From Tolypothrix carrinoi HA7290-LM1 (GTDB lineage: Bacteria > Cyanobacteriota > Cyanobacteriia > Cyanobacteriales > Nostocaceae): 47,209 nt of DNA. The notes below the pieces were generated by a model. That model saw only the letters and a list, made by a program, of their open reading frames with translations, ran no database searches and was not told where the DNA came from. Positions 19,505 through 28,743 of this stretch are shown piece after piece. Position 1 is the first letter of the stretch. Every line of letters begins with the position of its first letter. The stretch spans positions 1 through 47,209 of the forward strand of contig JAHHIK010000067.1 in NCBI GenBank assembly GCA_019358935.1. Direction: 5' to 3'. Both the position numbers and the translations under genes were made by a program.

Positions 19505-22378
19505 TTAACTTTTAATCGCACCCCTGACTAAAATCACTGTACTCTCTACACTGGATGCGATCGCTTCCGGAATATTGCCTTTAACCGCTTGCTGTAACAA
19601 TCCTTCTCGCGAAGCACCTAAAACCACTACATCATAACCTTCGGTTTTTACTAAGTTAATTATTCCTTCAGAAACCGATTCCGCTTTCACAGGTTCAGCG
19701 GTAACAGTGCTAGACAGTTTACGACGACGAATCAATTGACGAATCGATTGTTCTAAAACTGTCATATCTGGTTTTAACTCAGATGGCTTAAATACCCGTG
19801 TGAGGCGAATTTTCGGATCTTTCCCCAATGTCACTAACGCAGGTAGTAATTTAATTGCCAATAAAGCATTCGGACCACCTGCCATTGGTACTAACCAACT
19901 GTTGAAGCGAGGAGTGGGAGAGAGGGGGAGGGGGGGAGTGGGGGAGGGGGGAGAGGGGGGAGACAAGGGAGAGGGGGGAGACAAGGGAGACAAGGGAGAG
20001 GGGGGAGACAAGGGAGACAAGGGAGAGGGGGGAGACAAGGGAGAGGGGGGAGACAAGGGAGAAATTTTTTCATGTCCCCCTTGTCTTCCTTGTCCCCCTT
20101 GTCTTCCTTGTCCCCCTTGTCTTCCTTGTCCCCCATGTCCCCCTTGTCCCCCTTGTCCCCCATGTCCCCCTTGTCTCCTTTCCTCAACACTCGCAGCCAA
20201 CTTCACTAGCAATAAATCGCAGGTAGCTTGCTTAATTAAGGTATCAACAACATTACCAAAAATCTTACCTGGGGTAGATGTATTTCCTTTCCATCCCATT
20301 AAAAGTATATCTATATGTTGTTCGTTGATAGTTTCTAAAATTGCTTGGGCTGCATCGTGAGCAACGCGAATCTGTGTATGTAGAGGAATTTCCCACTTTT
20401 TAGCCATGACTTCGGCTTGTCTAAGCAAGCGACGACTTTTTGCAGTTCTGACTGTTGTTTCTGATGGGGAACTGTGGCGGGATACTAAAATAACTTGGAT
20501 GCATTCTATTTCATAATGGCGATCGCGGGCAATTGAGAAAGCCATTTCTAATAATGTTGCTGCTGTTTCCGGATTCGCTATTGGTACTAATAATTTGCCT
20601 CTGCCAATGCTAGGCGATCGCGTTTGATAAACTACATAAGAAGGTTCGGGTTGCGGTCCTGACGATGCATTTTTACAATTAAGATGATCTGCTTCCGCGC
20701 GAATTATATCTGCACGGGTAATAATCCCAATCAGCCTTCGTCCTTGGAGTACCGGCAAGCGACTGATTTTATAACGGTCTAATAAATAGAGTACATTGCT
20801 TAAGTTATGGGTGGGTGATACTGTCACCGGACTGCTAGTCATGATTTCCTTTAAAGGAATATCATTTGCTAGATTGCGTGAGCCTATTTTGAGTAAATCT
20901 GATTGGGTGACAATTCCGACTAACTTATTTTCTTCTACCACCGGGAAACCACGATGATGAGAACGGGCAAATGCCTGCATTGCTTCTTCTAAAGTTGTCT
21001 CTGCTTCTAGAGTTTCCACTCGTTCCTGCATTACTTGTTTTGCAGTTAACTGTGTCAATATTCCTTCACTAGAAGCTTGTCTATTAATGGTTATGCCATT
21101 TATAAACAGAAGTTTATCATACAACGAGCCTGGTACAACTTTGTCAGCAACTAAGTAAGATGTCACAGAAACAATCATTAAAGGTAGCACCAGATTGAAA
21201 TCTGTAGTCATCTCAAATACAATCACAATTGCTGTAATTGGTACTTTAGAAACCGCGCTGAAAAATCCTCCCATTCCCGCTAGTGCATAAGTTGTCGGAG
21301 AACCTCCACCCAAAAAGTGGAACTCGCCTACACCGACTAAATAGCCTAAAGTAGAACCTAAGATGAGACTGGGTGCGAATAAACCTCCCGGCGCTCCCGA
21401 ACCAAATGCAATCAAAGTTAAGATAAACTGAGCTACAAAGGCGATCGCTGCCCAAGAAGCATTGGCATTACCAGTAATTATTTGTTCTCGCAAGCCAGTA
21501 TTATCACGAAAATACGCTGGCAGCATTGCCATGATAATTCCGGAAACCAAACCAGCTAACGCCACCCGCAACGGTAAGCTGATGTGCAGACTGCGATAAA
21601 ATTTTATACTTGCAATCAAACCGCGATTAAATACCGCACCTAGCAACCCCGCAAAAATTCCCAACAGTACGAAAAAGGGAATTTCCGGAATCGAGAAGCT
21701 GGTAGAATACTTTATCGATTCTAGGTTAAGTAGCAAACTGCCACCACCCAACAGTCGAGAAATGACTCCACCAATAAACGAAGCGATGATGGCGGTTCCC
21801 AGAGTCATTCCCGATAAATCTTGAAGTAACTCCTCGACAATAAATAATACCCCAGCAATGGGAGCGTTGAAAGCTGCTGCCAAACCTGCACCCGCACCTG
21901 CCGCAATCATTTGACGGCGATGATCTGGAGAAGTGGGAACCAAGCGACTCATTCCCGCAGCCAAACCCGCACCTAATTGGACGGTAGGTCCTTGTCGTCC
22001 CAAAGTTATTCCCGAACCTAAAGCAATAATTGCACTAATTAACTTGACACCTGCCACGCGCCATGATAATTTCATTGGTACATTCGCAAGCGAAGCTTTA
22101 ACTTGAGGAATACCACTACCAGAAGCCTCAGGTGCAAACCTTTCCACTAAAAATCCAGCGAGAAAGCCAAAAGTCACACCAACTGCTGGTAATACGAACC
22201 ACGCAGGAAAAACATGGGACGTATGAACTCGCCATGTCCCTAACCATCCCGATCCGAATTTCAGAAATACAGCAGATAAAGCAGCGACGACACCAATCAA
22301 ACAAGCTTCGGCGATCGCTAAACCTCTTCTAGGTTGCCAAAAACGGCGAAACCGCTGATTAAGAACAGCAAGCGACAT
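19505..22378 (-). CDS. CLC chloride channel/transporter with CBS and USP domains
   Basis: GSGIP, GRQGP, AFNAPIAG, GGLFAP; CBS pair; two USP-like domains; in-frame repeat insert. Confidence 0.93.
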   Translation of the reverse strand: MSLAVLNQRFRRFWQPRRGLAIAEACLIGVVAALSAVFLKFGSGWLGTWRVHTSHVFPAWFVLPAVGVTFGFLAGFLVERFAPEASGSGIPQVKASLANVPMKLSWRVAGVKLISAIIALGSGITLGRQGPTVQLGAGLAAGMSRLVPTSPDHRRQMIAAGAGAGLAAAFNAPIAGVLFIVEELLQDLSGMTLGTAIIASFIGGVISRLLGGGSLLLNLESIKYSTSFSIPEIPFFVLLGIFAGLLGAVFNRGLIASIKFYRSLHISLPLRVALAGLVSGIIMAMLPAYFRDNTGLREQIITGNANASWAAIAFVAQFILTLIAFGSGAPGGLFAPSLILGSTLGYLVGVGEFHFLGGGSPTTYALAGMGGFFSAVSKVPITAIVIVFEMTTDFNLVLPLMIVSVTSYLVADKVVPGSLYDKLLFINGITINRQASSEGILTQLTAKQVMQERVETLEAETTLEEAMQAFARSHHRGFPVVEENKLVGIVTQSDLLKIGSRNLANDIPLKEIMTSSPVTVSPTHNLSNVLYLLDRYKISRLPVLQGRRLIGIITRADIIRAEADHLNCKNASSGPQPEPSYVVYQTRSPSIGRGKLLVPIANPETAATLLEMAFSIARDRHYEIECIQVILVSRHSSPSETTVRTAKSRRLLRQAEVMAKKWEIPLHTQIRVAHDAAQAILETINEQHIDILLMGWKGNTSTPGKIFGNVVDTLIKQATCDLLLVKLAASVEERRQGGHGGQGGQGGHGGQGRQGGQGRQGGQGRQGGHEKISPLSPPSPLSPPSPLSPLSPPSPLSPLSPPSPLSPPSPPSPTPPLPLSPTPRFNSWLVPMAGGPNALLAIKLLPALVTLGKDPKIRLTRVFKPSELKPDMTVLEQSIRQLIRRRKLSSTVTAEPVKAESVSEGIINLVKTEGYDVVVLGASREGLLQQAVKGNIPEAIASSVESTVILVRGAIKS
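19910..20182. repeat. Inverted G-rich/C-rich tandem repeat inside the CLC coding sequence
   Basis: GGGGGAGACAAGGGAGA units followed by CCTTGTC(C/T) 9-mer units. Confidence 0.9.
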
Positions 22379-22408
22379 AAAATTAAAGATTTAAATTAGA
22401 AAACACCC

Positions 22409-22782
22409 ATTGGTAATTGGTAATTGGTAATTGGGAATTGGGAATTGGTAATTGGTAATTGGTAATTGGTCATTGGTAATTGCTAATTGCTAATTGGTAA
22501 TTGCTAATTGGTAATTGCTAATTGCTAGCTTGTTCTTATCCATTACCCATTCCCCATTCCCCATTACCCATTCCCCATTCCCCATTCCCCATTACCCATT
22601 CCCCATTCCCCATTCCCCATTCCCCATTACCCATTACCCATTCCCCATTACCCATTACCCATTACCCATTCCCCATTCCCCATTCCCCATTCCCCATTAC
22701 CCATTACCCATTACCCATTCCCCATTACCCATTACCCATTCCCCATTCCCCATTCCCCATTACCCATTAGCCATTACCCATT
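22409..22782. repeat. Opposed STRR heptamer arrays (TAATTGG)n and (CCCATT[A/C])n
   Basis: Arrays fill almost all of the CLC-TldD intergenic space. Confidence 0.95.
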
Positions 22783-22792
22783 CGCCAATCCT

Positions 22793-24106
22793 TCAAGTTT
22801 TTCTCCCGGTGGTAGAAAGTCCATCCACTATCAGAGACGGAGTATAACAAGAACCATTCCAATCGGCATCCCCACCAAGTAAAACCACTTGTTTAAGAGC
22901 AGTATAGACATTACCTGCAATCATAGTATCTTTAACCCGCCCAATTACTTGACCTTTTTGGACGCGGTAGCCCAAATCAATATTGATCGAAAAGTCGCCA
23001 GAAATGCCATTACCACCGCCCAACATTTGATCTACAATCAAGCCATTATCCAACTTTTGAATCAAATCTTGTAGCGAAGCTGAACCAGGCTCGATTAAGA
23101 AATTAAATAAACCAGGGGTAGGATAGCTACCTAAATCAGGGCGAAAACCATTACCAGTGCTAAGAGTACCTAATTGATGTCCGATAGTGCGATCGCCATA
23201 AAAATTTTGCAAAACTCCATTTTGGATAAACACCAAAAGCTGAGTCGGTGTACCTTCATCATCAAAAGGACAGCTATAAGGTCCGGCAACTGGGTCTTGG
23301 TATAAAGTCAGAGTTGGTGCCATTACTGGTTTACCAATCCGGTCAGCCCAAGGAGAAGTTTTTTCCAGCACTCGTTTACCATTTAAAGCAGCTTGCACAG
23401 TACCCCAAAGCATATCAGCAGCTTTAGAAGTAAATAATACTGGAACGCGACCGTTAGGGGCTGAAACATTTTTTTTTGCCCACATCAAGCGCTGTAAAAT
23501 TTGGTTAGCTACTTTCTCAGGATGTAAATCACCCCGCTGAGTTTGACCATCAGCGACACTCAAAAAATCATCGCCGCGTACCCATTCAGCTTCTACATAA
23601 GAGTTAAGAGTTGTATCAGTGTAGTAACAATCTAAACCTTTAGTGTTGACAAGTCTGGTAGTTTCCACATCGCATTCCCACTCAGCCGTACAGAGAACAT
23701 CCGGGTAAGCATCGCGAATGATAGCGATCGCTTGTTTGCCCCAGCTTACCAACACCTCTATCGGCACATCTTCCCCCAAGTTTGGGTAAAAAGACTGAGA
23801 CTTGCTATTTAATTCTACAGATTCTGGTTGATTTAATTGACTTAGAGACAGCGCTCGTTCCACCATTGCCGCAGCGGTGACAGAACCGTAAGCCACTGTT
23901 AGTCCCGGACACCCATTCCGCCACAACCGCAGTGCTGTACCTTCAGCTTGATTGGTTTCTAGCTGTTTTAGACGATTTGCCTCAAAAAACACAGGTCGAG
24001 AAAGCGATCGCGACTGATACACCTCAGCCGCTTCTGCCCCCGACTTGATAGCTAGTTCCAACAACTGTTCTGCTAGTGTATCTTGTGACAAATTTTCAGA
24101 ACCCAT
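22793..24106 (-). CDS. TldD/PmbA family protein
   Basis: AEAAEVYQSRS, PFDDEGTP, GNGFR, SGDFS, MIAGNVY. Start MGSENLS; the longer ORF is repeat-derived. Confidence 0.9.
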   Translation of the reverse strand: MGSENLSQDTLAEQLLELAIKSGAEAAEVYQSRSLSRPVFFEANRLKQLETNQAEGTALRLWRNGCPGLTVAYGSVTAAAMVERALSLSQLNQPESVELNSKSQSFYPNLGEDVPIEVLVSWGKQAIAIIRDAYPDVLCTAEWECDVETTRLVNTKGLDCYYTDTTLNSYVEAEWVRGDDFLSVADGQTQRGDLHPEKVANQILQRLMWAKKNVSAPNGRVPVLFTSKAADMLWGTVQAALNGKRVLEKTSPWADRIGKPVMAPTLTLYQDPVAGPYSCPFDDEGTPTQLLVFIQNGVLQNFYGDRTIGHQLGTLSTGNGFRPDLGSYPTPGLFNFLIEPGSASLQDLIQKLDNGLIVDQMLGGGNGISGDFSINIDLGYRVQKGQVIGRVKDTMIAGNVYTALKQVVLLGGDADWNGSCYTPSLIVDGLSTTGRKT

Positions 24107-24119
24107 GACCCTTGATGAT

Positions 24120-24325
24120 TTTTGGATTGGGAATTGGGAATGGGTAATGGGTAATTGGTAATAGGTAATGGGTAATGGGTAATGGGTAATGGGTAATGGG
24201 TAATGGAAAAAGCTTTTTATTCCTTTCCCCTTTTCCCTTTCCCCCTTGTCTCCTTGTCCCCATCTCCCCACTCCCCATTACCCATTACCAATTCCCTATG
24301 CCCAATTCCCAATGCCCAATTCCCT
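24120..24325. repeat. STRR arrays between Tab2 and TldD
   Basis: (TAATGGG)n and CCCATTA/CCCAATT units. Confidence 0.85.
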
Positions 24326-24333
24326 AACTAAAT

Positions 24334-25197
24334 TTACGGCAAATTGACCTCTTGCAACAGCCAGAAGCCAGCAAAAGATTCGGCTTGGCGATCGGACTGC
24401 ACACCGATAAAATGAACTCCGTTAGCTTTTTGCTTTGCTTCTTCAAAACCTTTGGCTTCTGCTATAGTTTGCGGATTTTTGATATTCGCCAAAATCCAGC
24501 TTTCAGTCGCACCAGTTTCTAAAATTAATCTCGTCCCTTTATTTGTGTCAAGTCTCAACCAAGCCAATTCTAAACCAGACATCCAACCCGCTAAAGGTAA
24601 CGCTCTTGGTGAGAAAATTAACACACCAGGAATGCGGGTTTCCGGTGACAAATTCGCAAATTCTATCGGGAAAGATTCACCAAAGCCGATTTCCCACTCA
24701 TGCATTTCCGCAAAATCCGCACCTGTTAAGGTAACAAATAGCCATTGCTGTCCTTCCAAAGCATCCGGTAAACGTTGAGGTAAAGGACTTTCCAAACGCA
24801 CTGAAGTATTAGTTCCCTCTTGATACCCAGGTTCTTGAGGATACACCTGTTCCATCCGCTGTTGCAGCCATTGATTAAGCATCAAAGTGCGACGGCTAGC
24901 TTGAGCGGGAATGCCCACATCCTGGCAAGCTTTAGTTATCATATTATTCATTTGCCGCCGGAAAAAGCGGATTTTCAGCGGTGCTTCTCCAGCTTGATTG
25001 ATTGCTTCTTGCAAAGCTGTCCGCAACCAACCTGAGTTTACCTGCGTACTGGGGCAATACTGAGCATAGCGAAATAAAGAATCAGCTTTTGTGCGCGTAT
25101 CCAAAGGACTCTCGCACACCAACACCTCCCAAATCTTTTTGTTGTTTTCGTCCAAAATCGGACGGGAGTAATAATCGAGTTCCCAAATACTGCCCAT
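24334..25197 (-). CDS. Tab2/Atab2 (DUF1092) RNA-binding protein
   Basis: WELDYYSRPILDEN.KK.WE, IRFFRRQM, PLAGWMSGLE, FAGFWLL. Confidence 0.92.
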   Translation of the reverse strand: MGSIWELDYYSRPILDENNKKIWEVLVCESPLDTRTKADSLFRYAQYCPSTQVNSGWLRTALQEAINQAGEAPLKIRFFRRQMNNMITKACQDVGIPAQASRRTLMLNQWLQQRMEQVYPQEPGYQEGTNTSVRLESPLPQRLPDALEGQQWLFVTLTGADFAEMHEWEIGFGESFPIEFANLSPETRIPGVLIFSPRALPLAGWMSGLELAWLRLDTNKGTRLILETGATESWILANIKNPQTIAEAKGFEEAKQKANGVHFIGVQSDRQAESFAGFWLLQEVNLP

Positions 25198-25457
25198 GTT
25201 ATGCCGTTTAAGTCTGGCGACTTCATATTTTTTCTTATATTTTCATGATATAAGGCGTTGGTTGCGAGTCTACTTATTCCTAAAGTTATTCTCGTAATAA
25301 GCGCTCTTTGCGCTTTTAATGGGCACGCGCATTGCCCACTACGTGTGACAGTTACGTAAGTCCACGCCTTGTGGATGATGACGATTTTCATTTATATTTA
25401 TTAAACTTTTAGAGATATCAGCACAAATATGTATAGCAATATCTGTGTCAAACTAAA

Positions 25458-25712
25458 ATGAAATTACCTGAACTAGATTTAGAAACGATTGACAGAGTTA
25501 TCGAAATGGCATGGGAAGATAGAACGCCATTTGAAGCAATTGAAAAACAATTTGGTTTACAGGAACAACAGGTTATTACCCTCATGCGTCGCGAAATGAA
25601 GCCATCCAGCTTTCGGATGTGGCGCGAACGTGTTGAAGGACGCAATACTAAGCATTTGCACAAGCGAGAATTTGTGGCTGGTCGATTTAAGTCAGATAAT
25701 CAAAAAACTTAA
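25458..25712 (+). CDS. TIGR03643/DUF2805 family protein
   Basis: DRVIEMAWEDRTPFEAI and SFRMWRERV. Confidence 0.9.
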   Translation: MKLPELDLETIDRVIEMAWEDRTPFEAIEKQFGLQEQQVITLMRREMKPSSFRMWRERVEGRNTKHLHKREFVAGRFKSDNQKT

Positions 25713-25744
25713 GCTTGCGCTTCTCATCTTTCCCTATTATTTAG

Positions 25745-26141
25745 CAAACAACCTCGTCATCAGCTTGACAATAAAAAGCGTCATCGTCATGGATGCCAAA
25801 AGTGTCGCCACCTAGCATAGCGATATAATTAGCTTCACAAAGGATGCACTTGGGTGTAGAAATTAGCAGCCAAGTTATAGGTTTTCGCCAATTGATTGAT
25901 TATTGGTGCGTTGGGATTACCGATAATCTGGTCGTAAGATTTGTTTTCCTCGATAATGACGAAAATATGTTGGTATTTAGGAATCGCTTTATCTTCCTTC
26001 GTGGGGACTGAAGCAGAAGAGTGCTGTGTTTTCCGTGATAGTCTGTTTTGCATCTTTAGTTTTGGATGAGCAAGCGATCGCTATCAAACTCAAACTAAAT
26101 ACACAAAGTCCCAGAATAATCTTTTTCGGCGTTGGGCGCAT
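25745..26141 (-). pseudogene. Lipoprotein phosphoesterase, frameshifted and 3'-truncated
   Basis: MRPTPKK..LIAIAC lipobox; HIFVIIEENKSYDQIIG; after a frameshift, EANYIAMLGGDTFGIHDDDAFYC. Confidence 0.8.
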
Positions 26142-26192
26142 ATCAATAACGTGGTATATTTGTTGAGAAATTTACTTTTATGACCCTTCCAA

Positions 26193-26867
26193 GTGACCAA
26201 GCTGCATCTACAAGTAACCGGATTCCAAGAACTTCATTCAGAATTTATATCTAAACAGTCTAACATTGGTACTTACAGTATTAATGGACTTAATATCATT
26301 GCCCTATCGAATGTATATCATCCAGAAGCAGAATCCACCACCTTGTTTTTATTGAAAGCTATTCTCAAAAAATATCAACACCTAAATAACAAGAAAGGAC
26401 GGTTGCTGGACTTAGGGTGTGGTACAGGTCTTATTGGACTATGTTGTAGTGAATATGTAGAAGAATTGTACCTTTCTGACATAAACGAAAATGCTGTATT
26501 TTGCACCCAGATTAATGCATTCCTAAATTACATGCAGCCAAACATATACCATTCCAACCTCTTCGAGTCCTTACCTGATATCTTATTTGATGTTATCATT
26601 TTTAATTTACCTTTGTTAGACAAAAAAATTGAGACGAGCGCAGAAGTGGCAACTAACGATTTAGATGGTCAAATATTCCTGAATTTTATGAAACAAGTTC
26701 CTAAATACATTGCCGCCAAAGGAGAAGTATTTTTTACTTATTCAAATCTGGGAAATTTAGAACTTATTAAGATAATTCCCGAATGCTTTATCGTTGAAAA
26801 AATCGCAAATGAGGAAGATAAAAAAACCGGAATAGCCAGATATGTTTTTCACCTGAAAGTGAAGTAA
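26193..26867 (+). CDS. Class I SAM-dependent methyltransferase (HemK/MTS-like)
   Basis: LLDLGCGTG, SDIN, SNLFE, FDVIIFNLP. Confidence 0.85.
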   Translation: MTKLHLQVTGFQELHSEFISKQSNIGTYSINGLNIIALSNVYHPEAESTTLFLLKAILKKYQHLNNKKGRLLDLGCGTGLIGLCCSEYVEELYLSDINENAVFCTQINAFLNYMQPNIYHSNLFESLPDILFDVIIFNLPLLDKKIETSAEVATNDLDGQIFLNFMKQVPKYIAAKGEVFFTYSNLGNLELIKIIPECFIVEKIANEEDKKTGIARYVFHLKVK

Positions 26868-26949
26868 ATATGTTTTTCACAAGTCTAAGTGTGAAAAATT
26901 TTATTTCTTTTTGTGAAAAAAAATTAGAGAATAAGGAGTACAGTAATTA

Positions 26950-27246
26950 ATGTCAGGATACAAGCTAAACGAAGTAGAACTACAAAATGCAATCTCCAAT
27001 CTGCCCGGTTGGACAGTAAAAGAAGGCAAATTGCACAAAGAATATAAGTTTAGTTCCTTTGCCGAAGCAATGGGTTGGATGGTTAGCGTCGCTATCTACA
27101 CCGAGAAAATAGGGCATCACCCCATATGGTTGAACATTTACAACTTGGTTCAAGTTGATTTGATGACCTACGACCTAGGTAATGTCATCAGTAACCTGGA
27201 CGTAGAACTGGCTAATAAAATGGAGGAACTAAGTAGGTCAGTGTGA
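26950..27246 (+). CDS. Pterin-4a-carbinolamine dehydratase family protein
   Basis: LPGW, F.SF.EA, GHHP, YN.V.V.L.T.D, S.LDVELA; AAGGAG RBS. Confidence 0.88.
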   Translation: MSGYKLNEVELQNAISNLPGWTVKEGKLHKEYKFSSFAEAMGWMVSVAIYTEKIGHHPIWLNIYNLVQVDLMTYDLGNVISNLDVELANKMEELSRSV

Positions 27247-27351
27247 ATAAATTACAACTTTGAAGTGGGGAATTTATAAAGGCGATCGCTCCAGTAGTCC
27301 TGTTGTTGTCTCCATAATAGAAATACACAGCATGTCGGAGTCAAAGGTTTT

Positions 27352-27894
27352 ATGTCACTCACGCTTGAAGACTTGGAAAAAATGCAACAGCAGTACCCCG
27401 ACTATCGGATGGAACTAATTCAGGGTAATATTATTGTTATGAGTCCATCAGGATATGAGTCAGATGAAGTTGCAGCCGCGATGATCTCCCAGTTAGATCA
27501 GTGGGTTCGACCTCGCAAAATCGGACGGGTAGCAGCTTCCAGCGCTGGTTTTAGATTACCAAATTCAGACTTACGCGCACCGGATGCATCATTTGTTTTA
27601 GCAGAACGCTTGCGTCGCAGTCCTAAATCTTTTGCTCAGTTGGCTCCTGATTTGACGGTTGAGGTCAAGTCACCCAGCGATAAATTAGAGGAAGTTCGGG
27701 CAAAAATTCAAGAATTTCTCGCGGTGGGAACTAGAGTAGGAATTCTAATTAACCCAGATGAGCGGATTGTTGAGGTTTACTATTCCAGACAAGAAGCGGT
27801 GATACTTCGCGATCAAGATGTTCTCACGGTTCCCGATTTGCTTCCAGGTTGGGAGGTGCAGATTTCCGATTTGTGGTCACCAGAGTTTGATTAA
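27352..27894 (+). CDS. Uma2-family endonuclease
   Basis: MELIQG, RAPDASFV, APDLTVEVKSPSD, LLPGW. Confidence 0.92.
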   Translation: MSLTLEDLEKMQQQYPDYRMELIQGNIIVMSPSGYESDEVAAAMISQLDQWVRPRKIGRVAASSAGFRLPNSDLRAPDASFVLAERLRRSPKSFAQLAPDLTVEVKSPSDKLEEVRAKIQEFLAVGTRVGILINPDERIVEVYYSRQEAVILRDQDVLTVPDLLPGWEVQISDLWSPEFD

Positions 27895-28005
27895 GATACA
27901 GCAACTTTTATTGGCAAATGCCTTAACGATTTGCAATGCCCCTCAACCCTTGTAAACACAGAGGCGGTAAAATAGTTCTATTTTCAAAGCTTCAAAAAAA
28001 GAACT

Positions 28006-28743
28006 ATGACGATGCATCCGATCCAACGTGCATTTGCTAACCGCCACGCTCTCAAAGTTATTAGCGGCTTAAATAACTTTGATGCCGATCGCACAGCCGC
28101 TATTGTTAAAGCAGCCGATCTTGGTGGTGCTACTTTTGTTGATATTGCCGCAGATCCGGCTTTGGTTCAATTAGCAAAAACATTGACAAGTTTACCGATT
28201 TGTGTATCGGCAGTTGAACCGGAAAAATTTGTTCAAGCTGTTGCCGCTGGTGCTGATTTAATTGAAATCGGCAATTTTGATTCTTTCTATGCTCAAGGAC
28301 GCCGCTTTGAGGCTGAGGAAGTTTTAGCGCTGACGAGCGAAACTCGCGCCTTACTGCCAGAAATCACCTTATCTGTAACCGTTCCCCACATCCTGACACT
28401 AGATAGACAGGTACAGCTAGCCGAGGAATTGGTAAAAGCAGGTGCTGACATCATCCAAACCGAAGGTGGTACTAGCAGCCAACCTACACACCCCGGAACT
28501 CTAGGATTAATTGAAAAAGCTGCTCCCACCTTGGCAGCAGCTTATGAAATTTCTCGTGTAGTATCAGTGCCAGTATTGTGTGCTTCTGGTATTTCTAACG
28601 TCACAGCAGCATTAGCGATCGCTAGCGGTGCAGCTGGTGTTGGCGTCGGTTCCGCCATTAATCAACTTAACAGCGAAGTAGCAATGATTGCTGCTGTGCG
28701 CGGTTTGGTGGAAGCTTTGGCAAAAACAAAAGTGCTGAGTTAA
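28006..28743 (+). CDS. DUF561 (Ycf23-like) protein
   Basis: LKVISGLNNFD, EIGNFDSFY, IQTEGG, GVGVGSA. Confidence 0.9.
   Translation: MTMHPIQRAFANRHALKVISGLNNFDADRTAAIVKAADLGGATFVDIAADPALVQLAKTLTSLPICVSAVEPEKFVQAVAAGADLIEIGNFDSFYAQGRRFEAEEVLALTSETRALLPEITLSVTVPHILTLDRQVQLAEELVKAGADIIQTEGGTSSQPTHPGTLGLIEKAAPTLAAAYEISRVVSVPVLCASGISNVTAALAIASGAAGVGVGSAINQLNSEVAMIAAVRGLVEALAKTKVLS

Noticed and set aside
22515..22847. PITHYPL/PHSPFP-type ORFs (also 7443-7909, 19800-20360, 30806-31315, and the 24107-24271 extension of TldD)
   Set aside because: Translations of STRR tandem repeats.
26074..26081. HIP1 as the left junction of the methyltransferase cassette
   Set aside because: It lies inside the continuous signal-peptide coding sequence (LIAIAC) of the phosphoesterase pseudogene.
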